Positions 51,062-62,987 of a stretch of DNA of 64,000 nucleotides are shown one piece after another (the stretch's first letter is position 1; every line of letters begins with the position of its first letter). Source of the DNA: Basidiobolus meristosporus CBS 931.73. Taxonomy: Eukaryota; Fungi; Basidiobolomycota. The notes beneath the pieces are model-generated. The model had not been told where the DNA came from, did no database searches, and saw only the letters and a program-made list of their open reading frames with translations. The position numbers and the translations under genes were made by a program. The DNA lies in contig MCFE01000271.1 of NCBI GenBank assembly GCA_002104905.1, positions 42,169-106,168 of the forward strand, given 5' to 3'.

Positions 51062-52351
51062 ATGCGAGCAGGTTTATTACATGTCATTTCTAAGTACGCC
51101 TCGAAACCGGCCCGTACTGGACTACTCCAAGCACGCCTTCTCCCTTCACCTTTGAATTCGTGTCGCAGCATCGTTTCGTGCGGGTTTCCTTGGCAAGGGC
51201 TGAATCTTTTGGAACCGAGAATCCGGTTTAACAGGGCTTGGTTCACCAGGGAGCTTCGACAATTCACCACCCAGACAAACCAACTGAAACCAGAGGAACG
51301 CAATCAGGTAGAGTTCATCAACGATGCCGACGGTGGTCAAGTCGCTATGGGTAGGTGGAAGCTTTGGCTCTGGTACAACCAGTTATTGACTTTTGCTTCC
51401 CGCTCCTTAGGCTATCTCGACTTTGACACCTACAGCGGAAACCCCAGATTCTTCTTGCCCATCCCAGTTCCCAACCTGAAAAGTGCTCAACTTGCTTCCA
51501 TGTTGTTAGATTTTACGCTACCAATCTCAACTATCAGCCAACAAATCAAAGAAGAGTACCCGGAAATTAAGCGGGTCACCATTCACGAGGCTTTGTACGG
51601 CCTAAAAGTGGGAGAAGATTGGACTTGTGACTACCAGGTGGATGATCTAGTACGTGCTGCTACCTGCGGAGAGATTAAGGGTTTCATCGTGATAATCGAT
51701 AACGAAAAAGTGTTCGTGAAAATCCCTACCTTTGAAGGCAAGCGAGCTGGTAGATCTTACCCATTCAAACCATCCATTAACCCCGTCTCCACCTACAGAG
51801 AGGGCGGCAGGTTTAGTTAGACAGCACAACCATTTGATGTCAAAAATCGAATCCATGTCCACGCTAAAACAGTCGTTGGATAGACAAGCACAGACCGCTT
51901 CCATCATACTGGCAACCGGAAGCTTCACTGGATTAGTCACGTATATTGGAGTCATGGTATAGTTGCATGTAGAAAGCCCCATCATTGCTGGAGTACCTTT
52001 TCCTTACTGATCAACGCAATACACAGGCACGACTGACCTGGTGGGATTACGGATGGGATGGTTAGTACGACCTGGTACGTTCGATGGGTGTGTTTTTATT
52101 GACTTTTTGCATTAGTGATGGAGCCAGTTGCATATTTCACAAGCATCGGAATGGGTATCGTTGGCTACCTCTACTTTTTGATCACCAAGAGAGAGTACAC
52201 GTACGAGGCTTTGGCGCACTATGCAGTATCTCAAAGACAAATGAAACTTTATATCAAACACGGGCTCGACATCAATCAATATCAGAATTTAGTCAACGAG
52301 GCCAAGAAGCTGGAGCGAAAGATCGACAAAGTTCGCGATGACTATGAGTAA
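51062..52351 (+). CDS. MCU: Mitochondrial calcium uniporter (MCU), multi-exon
   Basis: Basic presequence-like N-terminus and a coiled coil before TM1. Splicing gives ARLTWWDYGWD/VMEPVAYF (the W-D-x-x-E-P selectivity filter), then TKREYTY and a C-terminal coiled coil. Confidence 0.92.
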
Positions 52352-55300
52352 GATCCAGGCCATATAAAATGTATTGTATCTAGATGCCTGCTTTTCAAAT
52401 AAAACACAACCACCATGTATTTGTTCTCATGATTGTCTGATTCATGCTTCCCCGGCTTCCCTTTGCCAAAGCGATAATCCCGTTTTCTTCAAGCGTTGTT
52501 TATACATATATGTATATTCTTCCTTCGAAATATCTGAAATTCCTGACACTATTGTTGATGAATTTCCGGAAGAGCTGAGACTAACTTGATCAGAATCTGA
52601 CAGCTCTTGTAGCTATTCTGTTGCAAACGCAGTAGATGAGGCCTCTGACAATCAACAGCAGCAAGACCACTCGAGGTCTCGAAGAAATCGAATATACAAG
52701 GAGTGACACTTTTAAATATGTACTGGGCTTGACGACCAAATGTACTGACTCCAACCTGGAAGAGTTGGAGCGGCAATCCCTGACCATCTTCCTTTGCTAT
52801 TGTCCTACTAGAATCTGAATTTGCCTCACATACCCCAGAAAAACACTAGCTCTTTGTTCGACAAAGTGGTATTATTTCGGACAGTTGGAGCAGAGGCCAG
52901 TTGGTTGGACTTGCCAGAAATGAAGTAGATCTTCCCACCCTTGACTCTCCCATTTCCCCTCAACTCTGGGGAATGTGAGGGTAAATCTATCGACCATATT
53001 GGGGATACTATATGAAAACTGTCCTTCAGTGCTCGATTAGGGGGCCCGGGCTATCGAAGTCCTGTAACCGATAAACTAAATTCCGAAATCAATTTATGTG
53101 GCAGAATTGGTTAGTCCCGCAACCACTTCCTTATTGAATCCCCTCAAGACTGACCTAACCATGCTTGCGTGTTTGGCATCTCATCTTGATTCCCATTGGA
53201 GAAAGCGTACAAGGCACAGAAATTGATATATCTTGATTGAAAGACAACGCTGGATAGGTTGGGTTTTAATATCCATTGTGGAAGCGAGCCAAGCGCACTA
53301 GTTATAGTAATTGGCTCAAGGACCTTCACAAACATACCATTATATGAAAATGGTGGGATGTATTCACTTGCATGATGTTATAGGGTGGCCTGTATGGAAT
53401 CTACAAGTCCATCCACCCTGCTGCGACGTTCCCTACCATTCACTTGGCCTGTTCACTTCGACACCCATTACCAAACACGCCCTCTCTTCACTCCTTCCCA
53501 TCGAGTGAAACAAGGAGCCTCTTACTGTGGCACTCGCGTGTGCGAGATTGTTCTTTGCGAACTGCGAACCCGCCGCATTACTAATGGCCGGAAAACATCT
53601 GCCCACAGCTCTACCTGACGCAAGACCTATTGTTAGATCAAACCCAATTGGAACCCATCGAACGGCTGATTTTTGGTGGAGAATTGAACAGGATCCGATC
53701 ACAGAATACACCCCATTGAATTGAGGCAGGTCTGCTCACCAATGCCTGCACCTATTATTCAAGGCGAACATGATCACAATGCCCTTGGACATCCGCTTGA
53801 TTGGTGTATCTACTCACCTTGTTTCGTATCTATGTGTGTGGGATTTGAAGGACTGTGGGGGAGACTAACCATGGCCGTCTGCTAGGAATCTTGCAACAGC
53901 AGGATTCCCCTCCAAGTCTCTCCCCCCCCCCGCATGAGTATGGGTGTGGGCGAAGACATTCGCGTACGTGTTAGACAGATGGACACCGGGCTGCGAACTT
54001 TTGAGGTATGGCGTTCCTGAGGCAGCGACTGTGTCTCAACAACGCACTTGAACGATTGTCAGTGGAAAGAGCAGACGGATCATATATGGCGGGGAGCAAT
54101 CCAGGATTGAGCAAGTACTGGCACTTGACGATTTTCTTCATTCGAATTAATACCCCATTCAGCGAATATCCAGTCATCGAAGCCGGTTGTGGGAGGAGAT
54201 CAACTTGAACACAAAAATCAGCGGAAGCCCAAAGCCGAAAATAATGATAATCATTGTGTGGTTCTGTAGATGAAGTAAAGGATGTAGTCATGGCCCAATT
54301 AGTAATCCGGCATCCTAGGGGTTAGGGGTCAGACTTGCCAAACCTAACTATGGCTCCTTACTCATCCGCCCGATCAAAGTAAGATCGGATCAGTGTCCAC
54401 ACTAAAAGATGTCAGGTCACGCCGTTTGGGGCTGCTTATGCGTCAAATCAGACGTCGTCAAGGAAAAATACGCAGTTAGCGTAGAGAACCGCATTGGAGC
54501 CGTGGCTCGACCCTCTTCCTCGTGAATGGACAGCGAGGTTCCATTTTTTAAGCCCACAAAGGCATTAGTGGGCTCGCGGTTCGTAATGGAAATCCCCCCC
54601 CCAGAGTTAGGTGGGAAATCCAGCGCAACCGCTGAGGATCGAAATCTTGGAATTCCAAATCAGGAGCTTCCATGAAGCCATAATGAGTCAACTGTCCTCG
54701 TGGTGGATGGCTTAGAGAGAATTCACCTGATATTTAGCCGCATTTGGAAAGCGCTGTTCAAGAGCTGAAGAATTCAAACGGACATAACTATAAGCAATAT
54801 GAAGGGGACATTTTGACGTAAGAAGACCGTAGTACAGCCGTAGTCATATATGCATTGTGTATCTGTAGGTATTTTTGAGGAATATAATACAATTCACTTG
54901 ATCTCGACTGGAAGCTCCAAGTTTTCCCGCCTCAGCTGGATATCAAAAACACTCCAAGTTAGGCATCTTCCAAGTCCCATGATCCCTCGGACTGCCCAGG
55001 TAAGTTCGATGCTACCCTGATCATAGATACCAGGGGAGATCCCGCAGAATTCCCTAGCTCGGATCACTTGATGTGATCCATGTATGAGCGGAAGTTCGAT
55101 TTTAACTCAGATTAAGACAGAAATCAGTTTTACTTCATAAATGCCACCTATTGCTCACCTCAACACCCATTTAGTGGCGGTGTGATAATTTCCTCACCAA
55201 TGGATTTTCCATCGCAGGTGTTTTCACAAGCCAGCACAGGGACAAATACCAGTTACTAATCTCACCCAAAGGCCAGTGATATTGGTTGACTATTAAGGAA

Positions 55301-56875
55301 ACTTCAGTCTCAATCAGTATCCGGATTACCGATTTGGATTATCCACACCGTATCAATTTAGTCTAGACCTCCATCGCATGGATGGCCAAATTCTTCATAC
55401 CGCAGATCAGCAAAATCACTCAATATAGCGTGTGATTTAGACAGCTTTACATAATGGAGCTTAATAAATAGTCATCCATGCCAGGTCTCGGCATACGACA
55501 CAAATATTGTGCTAGCAGCCAGCGTTGAGAGATCGCGAAGTTGAATGTTGATTTCAACAGTAGCACACGCGTGTGTTGCATCCGTCTAATTTTGCATCCA
55601 TGAAATTCCCATCATTGAACATTACAATTCATATATGTAGGCTAGCTTTGATTTACCTATCCTACAAATGGATCCACTTTGCTAGCCTGCCTCTCTGATG
55701 ATCTCGAGAATTGTTGGTCAAGTGCAGAATAGTGCCTATCCGATTCACCCAGCTCCACTCAAAGAAAGCATCATTGTCAACTCCGCTTTGGCTGTATACA
55801 TCACCAAATTGATTAGTTTCGTTTGTTGGAAACAATCGGTTTAACCTTAACCTCTGGCTCAGCGGTAGGCTGCCATCACTGCTGGCTGACTAGGTTAGCG
55901 TTTATTGATTATTGCTACATTAAATTTGCATTGTCTGTGCTTGATACAAGCGCTGCATTGAACACTGTTCGGGCCTGATTGGTGAGCGTGAGGAAAATTA
56001 GCATGTTTTGGAAACCGTTACTTTTGGAATGATGGTTTGGCTTGGCCCATTTCGGCGCAATTACTGTATGTGTGTCGTATATCAGGGCGGAATCACCGAG
56101 AAAAAGCCGATTGCGTCGCAGGGTGCCCCCAAAAGCAATGTGATTTTAATAGGATCTCGGATCTATTGGAGAGTTTGTAGGTGACCGATCCTGAGCTAGA
56201 TGGATTTAATTATACTCATCATTAAACGATTGAATACGATGCCACCCTGTTGCCTCGTACGCTTACCCTATCCAATCATTAAATCACACCAATGGTAAAA
56301 ATACCCATTGGCACTCGCGCTTACCAAGGATCTTAATATTTATAGGATAATCTTAACAGTGACCAAAAGGATTTCTACATTAAACAATAACATTCCATTA
56401 TATAGCGCATTTATCCAATACTTGATGGTGTGGTCATTTGGGGGGGGGCGAGGAGGGTTAAGTAAAAGTTGGAAAAGGGGTTAGTTTTATATCCAGCCCT
56501 CAAATTTCCTTTATATTGCCTTGCCCATATCACGGCAGACATTTGACAAATCCATTCGTCTAGTACTGAGAGAGTGCTTATTCCTTTTATCTCCACCTGC
56601 ATCCTTTAATTCACGGACAAGAGTTCAGTTGGGCTTTGTTGAGTTTCCAACTTTCATACGCTTGCTCTCAGAAAAGTCCCTATTAAGTGCTTCTATATTC
56701 GTTTTTATACATTCAACGCCCCAGTTATTTAGTCCCAACCTTCTTCATTCTTTGTAATCAAAGAGCTACCTAAAGCCGTTCCAAATTCAAGTGCTAATTC
56801 CTGGTGGCTACAACTCTCTGCCCCCAGCCAACCTTCCACATTCCAACCCAGTCTTGTATTATAGAGTCCTCAAAA

Positions 56876-58005
56876 ATGAATCCCCATCCATATAATTCCG
56901 TATCCGGACTTCCTCCCGTGTTAGGTTTGACGAACTATTCGGAACATCCTTCGGAGTACAAGAAGCTTACGAACAGCACCACTTCTGCGCCATTTTTATC
57001 ATGTATCACTTCGATGCCAAACGACGAAAGCTTTTCCTTGCTCACCCCACTATCTACCCCCACTACACTGGAAGTGTTATTCACTGTTCGTCAATACAAC
57101 GTCGTGAGATCCCTAGGGTCGGGTTCATTTTCCAAAGTCTACCTTGCCGAAGATTCTGAACAACCAGGCCGTTTAGTTGCCCTCAAGATGGTTGAATTGA
57201 ATTGCGATCAATCTACCAAACAGCTGATATCTCGCGAAATCCAAATGCTGAAGGTAAGCGCGAAAACCTTCTCACACGCATACAATCTTACTAAATCCCA
57301 TTTTTTAACCAGACCCTCGATCATCCCAATGTTGTTGGTTTCTACGAATCATTTGAAACAGACACCCACTTTGTGTTGGTGTTAGAATATGTGCAAGACG
57401 GTGATTTGTTTGATTATGTGGCAAATCATGCCAACGAGTACTGCGAAAGCAAAGTCCAAGAGATTTTCAAGCATATAGTAGATGGTACGTCTCCAAATGT
57501 GTAATGGAACTCATACCGATGCACTGCTAACTCTGCTTTCATAGCCGTTGAATACCTTCATAGCAAGAATATCTGCCACCGAGATCTCAAGTTGGAAAAT
57601 ATACTGATTCAAGAATCTTCTGAGGGAGCTCTATCCATAAAGATCACTGACCTGGGATTGGCCGAATTTGTCGACAACAACTCCACCTTAACTACTCGTT
57701 GCGGGTCTGAAGAATACACTGCACCTGAAGTGATTCTTGGTCAGCCTTGCAATGGATTTAAAGCCGATGTATGGTCTCTTGGTGTTATTCTTTATACGAT
57801 GCTAGTTGGATATCTGCCGTTTTCTATGGATGGAAGCCAATCCAGGCGTAGCTTTTTCTACCGAATCGCAAATGCCGATTATAGGTTGCCTCGTGACCGG
57901 ACCATCTCTCCCGAAGCATCAGATCTACTACGGATACTATTGCAAAGCAATCCCAAGAAGCGACTCGAGGTGTCCGAGATAAAGAAACACCCATGGTTAA
58001 GCTAA
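56876..58005 (+). CDS. Ser/Thr protein kinase, paralog of 44737-46038, 3 exons
   Basis: LGSGSFSKVY, VALK, HRDLKLEN, DLG, RCGSEEYTAPE and DVWSLGV. Introns 57254-57312 and 57485-57544. Confidence 0.9.
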
Positions 58006-59034
58006 AATCGGTGATAGGGCTGTTTCATCATCAGCCACACATGTTGTCTATTTCAACTTCAAGTACCTTTACGAAGGATAGATAGTGCGAGATGTATCTA
58101 GCATCACAGTATACATATTAACCTAAACGCCTTACGACCTAAGCGCAATCGCATTGCGCTTATATCACACATAGTCATGAACTGTATTGTCTACTCCCGA
58201 AAGTTGGTCGTGGGGTCCATTACGTTGTTTCATTATGGTTCATAGCCTTCTCTATTATCACATTGTATATATTTATTGTCCTGGTCATTCTTATCATTAC
58301 CAATGAATTAATAACCTTTTGTATTAAAGGAAGTTTGTTGAGTCGCACATTGACGACTTCAGGTGAAATATAACATTGGCGTTGCATCCACCTTGTATGC
58401 ACTTATCATTTTACACCTTTTCTTACCAGCATCATTGTGCGTAATCTGTTCATGCATCCTCAAGCAGCGTAGATTAGCAGCAACATAAAGTATCATGAAT
58501 ATTTGTTCTTGTGTGGTATGCGTGCGAGAACACATGACCAGAAGCGATATTGCTTGAAATGCTGCATAGCAATTGGTACTGGATGCTTTAAAATTACCAT
58601 ACACTGGATAGATAGCGATTTATCATTAATGGGGTCTTATATATTTATTTTGACTGCTAGCATATAGATTTGTTTCATTGCTGTGTCTGCCACAATGCCA
58701 GCAGACCAGCCAATTTCCTGCAATACCAAATTCAACATCATATGTTCAACATTTACCTGTCCTTTGTTGCCCCACTATAGGGTTAGGGGATGAAAGCCAC
58801 CAAATGGTGAAATCTTTATTTACTTAGTACAAGTATTTAAAGAAGCCAAGTTAATCTGAAGTTGCTCCTATAAAGCTAGGTGTGAAAAATGTATTCCCAA
58901 AAAGCCAGGTCTGAGAGTTAAAGGTTAAATGGGAGACAGTCACCAACAGGTTAAATCTTTATTTCAGTTCAAATATAGAAGCTAGTACTACTGTTGTAGC
59001 TGTGATACAAGATTATGTAGCTGAGGGTAATTTG

Positions 59035-59250
59035 TGTTGAGAATTTTGTAATCACACCTAAATATTCATCCGTCTTGATCACTTAGATCATTGCCTACAA
59101 ATCTTGGAGAATTCTGACCAAGTTTCTTGTTGGGATTTACTTGGATTATTTTCACCAAGACATCAGTTACCCAGAACAGGAGTTTTGATAAGCTGTCCAA
59201 ACAGTCTTAAACTTTGCACACATGCTGTTAGGATCTTCCTGAGTATTTTC
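59035..59250 (+). mobile_element. Diverged family-X LTR fragment inserted in array unit 2
   Basis: Starts TGTTGAGAATTTTGTAATCACACCTAAATATTC and aligns with roughly the first 210 bp of 60823-61173. Confidence 0.75.
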
Positions 59251-59498
59251 TGCTGTAAGAGTCTTGGAGATATTGGAAGTGATTTGGAGAACGAGTAAAT
59301 TATGTGGTTTTCACTTGATGATTTATTGAATGTAAAAGTAGTATTTATACTTTTACATGGTCTTGGCATTACAAACTTGTAGAATAGGTTAAGAAAGGTC
59401 CCAAGTACATATGTGCAAAGTTTGGGGCTGTTTGGACAACTTTGAGAATTTTCATGTTCTGGGTACCAGGTATTTTGGTGAAAAAATTCTAAGTAAAT
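59251..59498 (-). mobile_element. Young family-X LTR, truncated on its telomere-facing side
   Basis: Starts TGCTGTAAGAGTCTTGG as in 49124. Similarity stops abruptly at AAGTAAAT (59498), followed by TAGGGG and array unit 3. Confidence 0.85.
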
Positions 59499-60408
59499 TA
59501 GGGGAGGGAAAGTCACCAAAGTAGGTGAAATCTTTATTTGATTTCAGACAAATCTAACTACAAATAAAGAAGCCAGCTGGGAATAGAAGATTCCCAAAGT
59601 AAAAACCAAGTTGAATATGAATAAACCTAAGCTAAAGTTAAGGCAGTATCCCAGAGTACACTGGAGTTCAGGTTCATGGGGGAGTGAAGTAGATAAGCTT
59701 GAGAGATATAATATTCTTTCAGGAAGTGGGTAACAGCAGGTGAAGGGGAATTTTTGATAAGTGAAGTTAAGGGGATGACAATCACCACAGGGTGAAATCT
59801 TTATTTAAATTGTAAATAAAGAAGCCAAGTTTGAATATGAATATTTGAGATGCAGAAAGCCTACAAGATAAACTTGGACTTTGCTGTATCCCAGATATCC
59901 TCAATATCAAAGTTTAGAGGAGAATGTAGCAAAACTGCTTGTTCACTGTAGTATTTCTTGAGGAAGTTTGTGACTTGAAGGGAAGGAGAGTTTTTCAACA
60001 AGCTGGTAAACCTTTTGAGGAGTTCTTTTTCCAGAGAGAATGGTACAAAGAGTGGAATGTCTAAATGATGTCTGAATATATGCTCTGAGAGCTCCCAATC
60101 CAGCATATTTTAGGGTTAGGGGGGGAGACAGTCACCAACAGGTGAAATCTTTATTTCAGTTGAAACAAAGAAGCCAGTGCTACTGTTGTAGCTTTGATAC
60201 AAGAGTGTGTAGCTGAGGGGAATTTGTAGGTAAGTTAATAAGAAGTGATGATAGTTCTTCAGTGCTCAAGACACTGTTCAGTGGGAAGGGGGGTAGCAAG
60301 AGAGGTAAGAATGACTTGTGAACAACATTAATAAGGGGAATTTAGGGGGGGGGGAGACAGTCACCAACAGGTGAAATCTTTATTTCAGTTGAAACAAAGA
60401 AGCCAGCG

Positions 60409-62987
60409 CTACTGTTGTAGCTTTGATACAAGAGTGTGTAGCTGAGGGGAATTTGTAGGTAAGTTAATAAGAAGTGATGATAGTTCTTCAGTGCTAAACA
60501 CACTGTTCAGTGGGAAGGGGGGTAGCAAGAGAGGTAAGAATGACTTGTGAACAACATTAATGAGGGGAATGTGATAAGGATTGATATTCATCATAAAGGG
60601 AGTGTGCTGCTGCAGATATTGCTGCCAAAGGTCTGTCAAGTACATCAGGTAGGCCAGCTTGGGTTTTTCTGACTGCAGAATATAGTGAGCAAACTTCTTG
60701 ACTTCAGGATCTCCAAGTATAGTTCTCCAGCAGGAGTCAGGTGTTGTGTGGTGTGTTCTCTTCCAGGCCTTAATCAGTGGGTTGTTGCAGTTGTGAAGTC
60801 TGAGATATAATCTGGTTCTAAGTGTTGTAAAAATTCGTATTTTCCACCTAAATATTCACCTAACTTAGTCACTTAGATCATCACCTTCAAATCCTAGAGA
60901 ATACTGACCAAATTCCTTGTCGGGATTTACTTAGAATATTTTCACCAAAAATACCAGGTACCCAGAACATGAAAATTCTCAAAGTTGTCCAAACAGCCCC
61001 AAACTTTGCACACATGTTCTTGGGACCTTCCTTAACCTATTCTACGTGTTTGTAATGCCAAGACCATGTAAAAGTATAAATACTACTTTTACATTCAATA
61101 AATCATTAAGTGAAAACCACATAATCTACTTGTTCTCCCAATCACTTCCAATATCTCCAAGACTCTTACAACACTAAGGTAGAGAAGTCTGATCTTATAG
61201 GGCATAAACCCAAAAGCACCAAGAATAGCATGTCTGTAGGGGCATTCAGGCAAATGAGGCACCAAGGAGGTAATGCACCATACTGCAAACTTGTCAAGCT
61301 TAGTGCAGTCTCTAGAAGTAAGAGAGAGAAGTGGTAAGCCAAATTCCAGGGCAGGGAAGACAAACTGCTTGAGTAGAAGGAGGCAGCTGGGAGCTAAAGT
61401 TGTAGGAGGAGTAACAGCCAGTAGTTTGTGGAGTGCCTGTCTTGCCAGGATAATTCTCTTCTTCAGGTGTGCTCCAGAGTCTAGTCCAGTAGGAAGGAAA
61501 GGAAAGCCAAGATATGTAGCAGAAACCTGAGCAGGTAGAGTGGAGTTCTCCAAGTTGATAGGAGAGCCCAAAGGTACTGTCTTTGCAATGGAAAGCTGGA
61601 GATTATTCTTCTGCAGATACTGCTGGATGGTCTGGGAGTCTTGTTGCACATTGGAGGAGGATATTCTGATGTCATCAGCAAAGAGAGTAACCAGGCAGTC
61701 AGCTGAGAGTCTTGGGAAATCATTCAGGAAGATGGCAAACAGTATAGGACCAAGCACAGAGCCTTGAACCACTCCATTAGGAACTGAGAACACAGCTGAT
61801 TGCTCACTTGGGTGCAGAATTCTTGCTTGTGGATCCAGAAACAGAGACCTGACAAGGAGGGTGAGAGAGGTACTGGAGAAGCATTGCAACTTGGACCAAA
61901 GCAGATTTCTGTCAACTGAATCAAAGGCCTTAGTAATATCAAACAGAACAGAGGGATACTTGCACTGGAGAGAGTGATCTTGGCTAAGTATGACTGCATA
62001 TTCCAAGGAGAGGCCAGGAACAAAGCCAAACTGTGCAGGATGAAACTTGAGGGAGTCAGAGTAGAGCTCCTGAGCAAGCAGAAGCTCAAACACCTTTCTG
62101 CAGGTGGGCAGCAGAGATATTGGCCTGTAGGAGCTAGGATCCAGGTGCTTTCCTTTACCCTTGTACAGTGGCAGAACATTTGCAAAGGACCATTCCTCAG
62201 GAGTAGAAAGCTGGGCTGAGCATTGCTGAAACAGTGGAAGCAGAAGTGCAGACATGGCCTTGGTACTAGTCTTCAGAAGCTCATAAGAGATTGTGTCCAC
62301 ACCTGGAGCAGTAGAGTTGGGAAGCCTCTTGAGCACATTATGGATTCTCCTTTGATCAAGTGCAAGTGGGATGGGCAGAGTCTTGAAGTCAGGATGAAAG
62401 CCAGGAGTTGAGTACTGCTTTGTAGAGAAGAAGATGTTAGCCAGCTGTTCTGTTGAAGGTAACTTCCTGGAAGAGGGCCTCATTGCCCTGTAGAGTCTTG
62501 ATACAGTTCTTGTTATAGAGTTGGAAGATTGCAGAGGCAAGGAACTCATAATATGATCCCAGAGCTGAGTATGCAGAGTGTGGTGAATTGCCTTGGAGTG
62601 GTGTATTGCTGTCAGGAGGAGTTTCTCTGTTTTTGGGTTAGGGAAACTCAGGTAGCTTTGTTGCAGGGCTGAAACAATGGATTCCCATTTTCTTGAGGTA
62701 ACAGCAGTAGTCTTGCATGGCAGTGAGAGGGAGGCAGACACCAGAATCAGATGCTTCACAAAGAGCCAGGCATAGTTGAGATCATCTGGCAGAGACAGTA
62801 GCAAACTGGCAAGCTTCAAGTAGTTCCCAAAGTCTTTCTTCTGATTCTTGGTAGCTTTGTGGGTGAGCACAGTAAGTTTTGGCAGCTTCTTCTTCACAAC
62901 TGGTTGCATAGAAAGGGACCAGGCTGGATGGTCAGAGGCTCTCAAGGATCCTAGCTCAGCTCCAGAGAATTGCTTAACTTCATTCAC
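60409..62987 (-). pseudogene. Non-LTR (LINE-type) ORF2: tail of APE endonuclease plus reverse transcriptase plus C-terminal domain; 5'-truncated, interrupted by a solo LTR
   Basis: SDH motif near the N-terminus. RT motifs APGVDTI, KGKGK..DPSSYRPISLL, QFGF, FDITKAFDSV, QGSVLGPILF, FADD and YLG. No ATG, and the frame is open up to the junction at ~62995. Removing 60823-61173 plus one TSD gives a continuous frame (LYL-RTRLYLR) to TAG at 60409. Confidence 0.92.
60823..61173 (+). mobile_element. Solo LTR, family X (351 bp), inserted in the LINE ORF
   Basis: TGTTGTAA...TTACAACA terminal inverted repeats and TSD CTAAG (60818-60822 and 61174-61178). Internal TATAAATA and AATAAA in + orientation. Confidence 0.95.

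Noticed and set aside
52500-56400. Scattered 60-106 aa ORFs between MCU and the second kinase
   Set aside because: No domain signal, repeats or terminal structures found by eye.
61095-61173. Annotated C-terminus (SVVRVLEILEVIG...MIY) of the 630-aa RT ORF
   Set aside because: This is read-through into the inserted solo LTR, not genuine protein.
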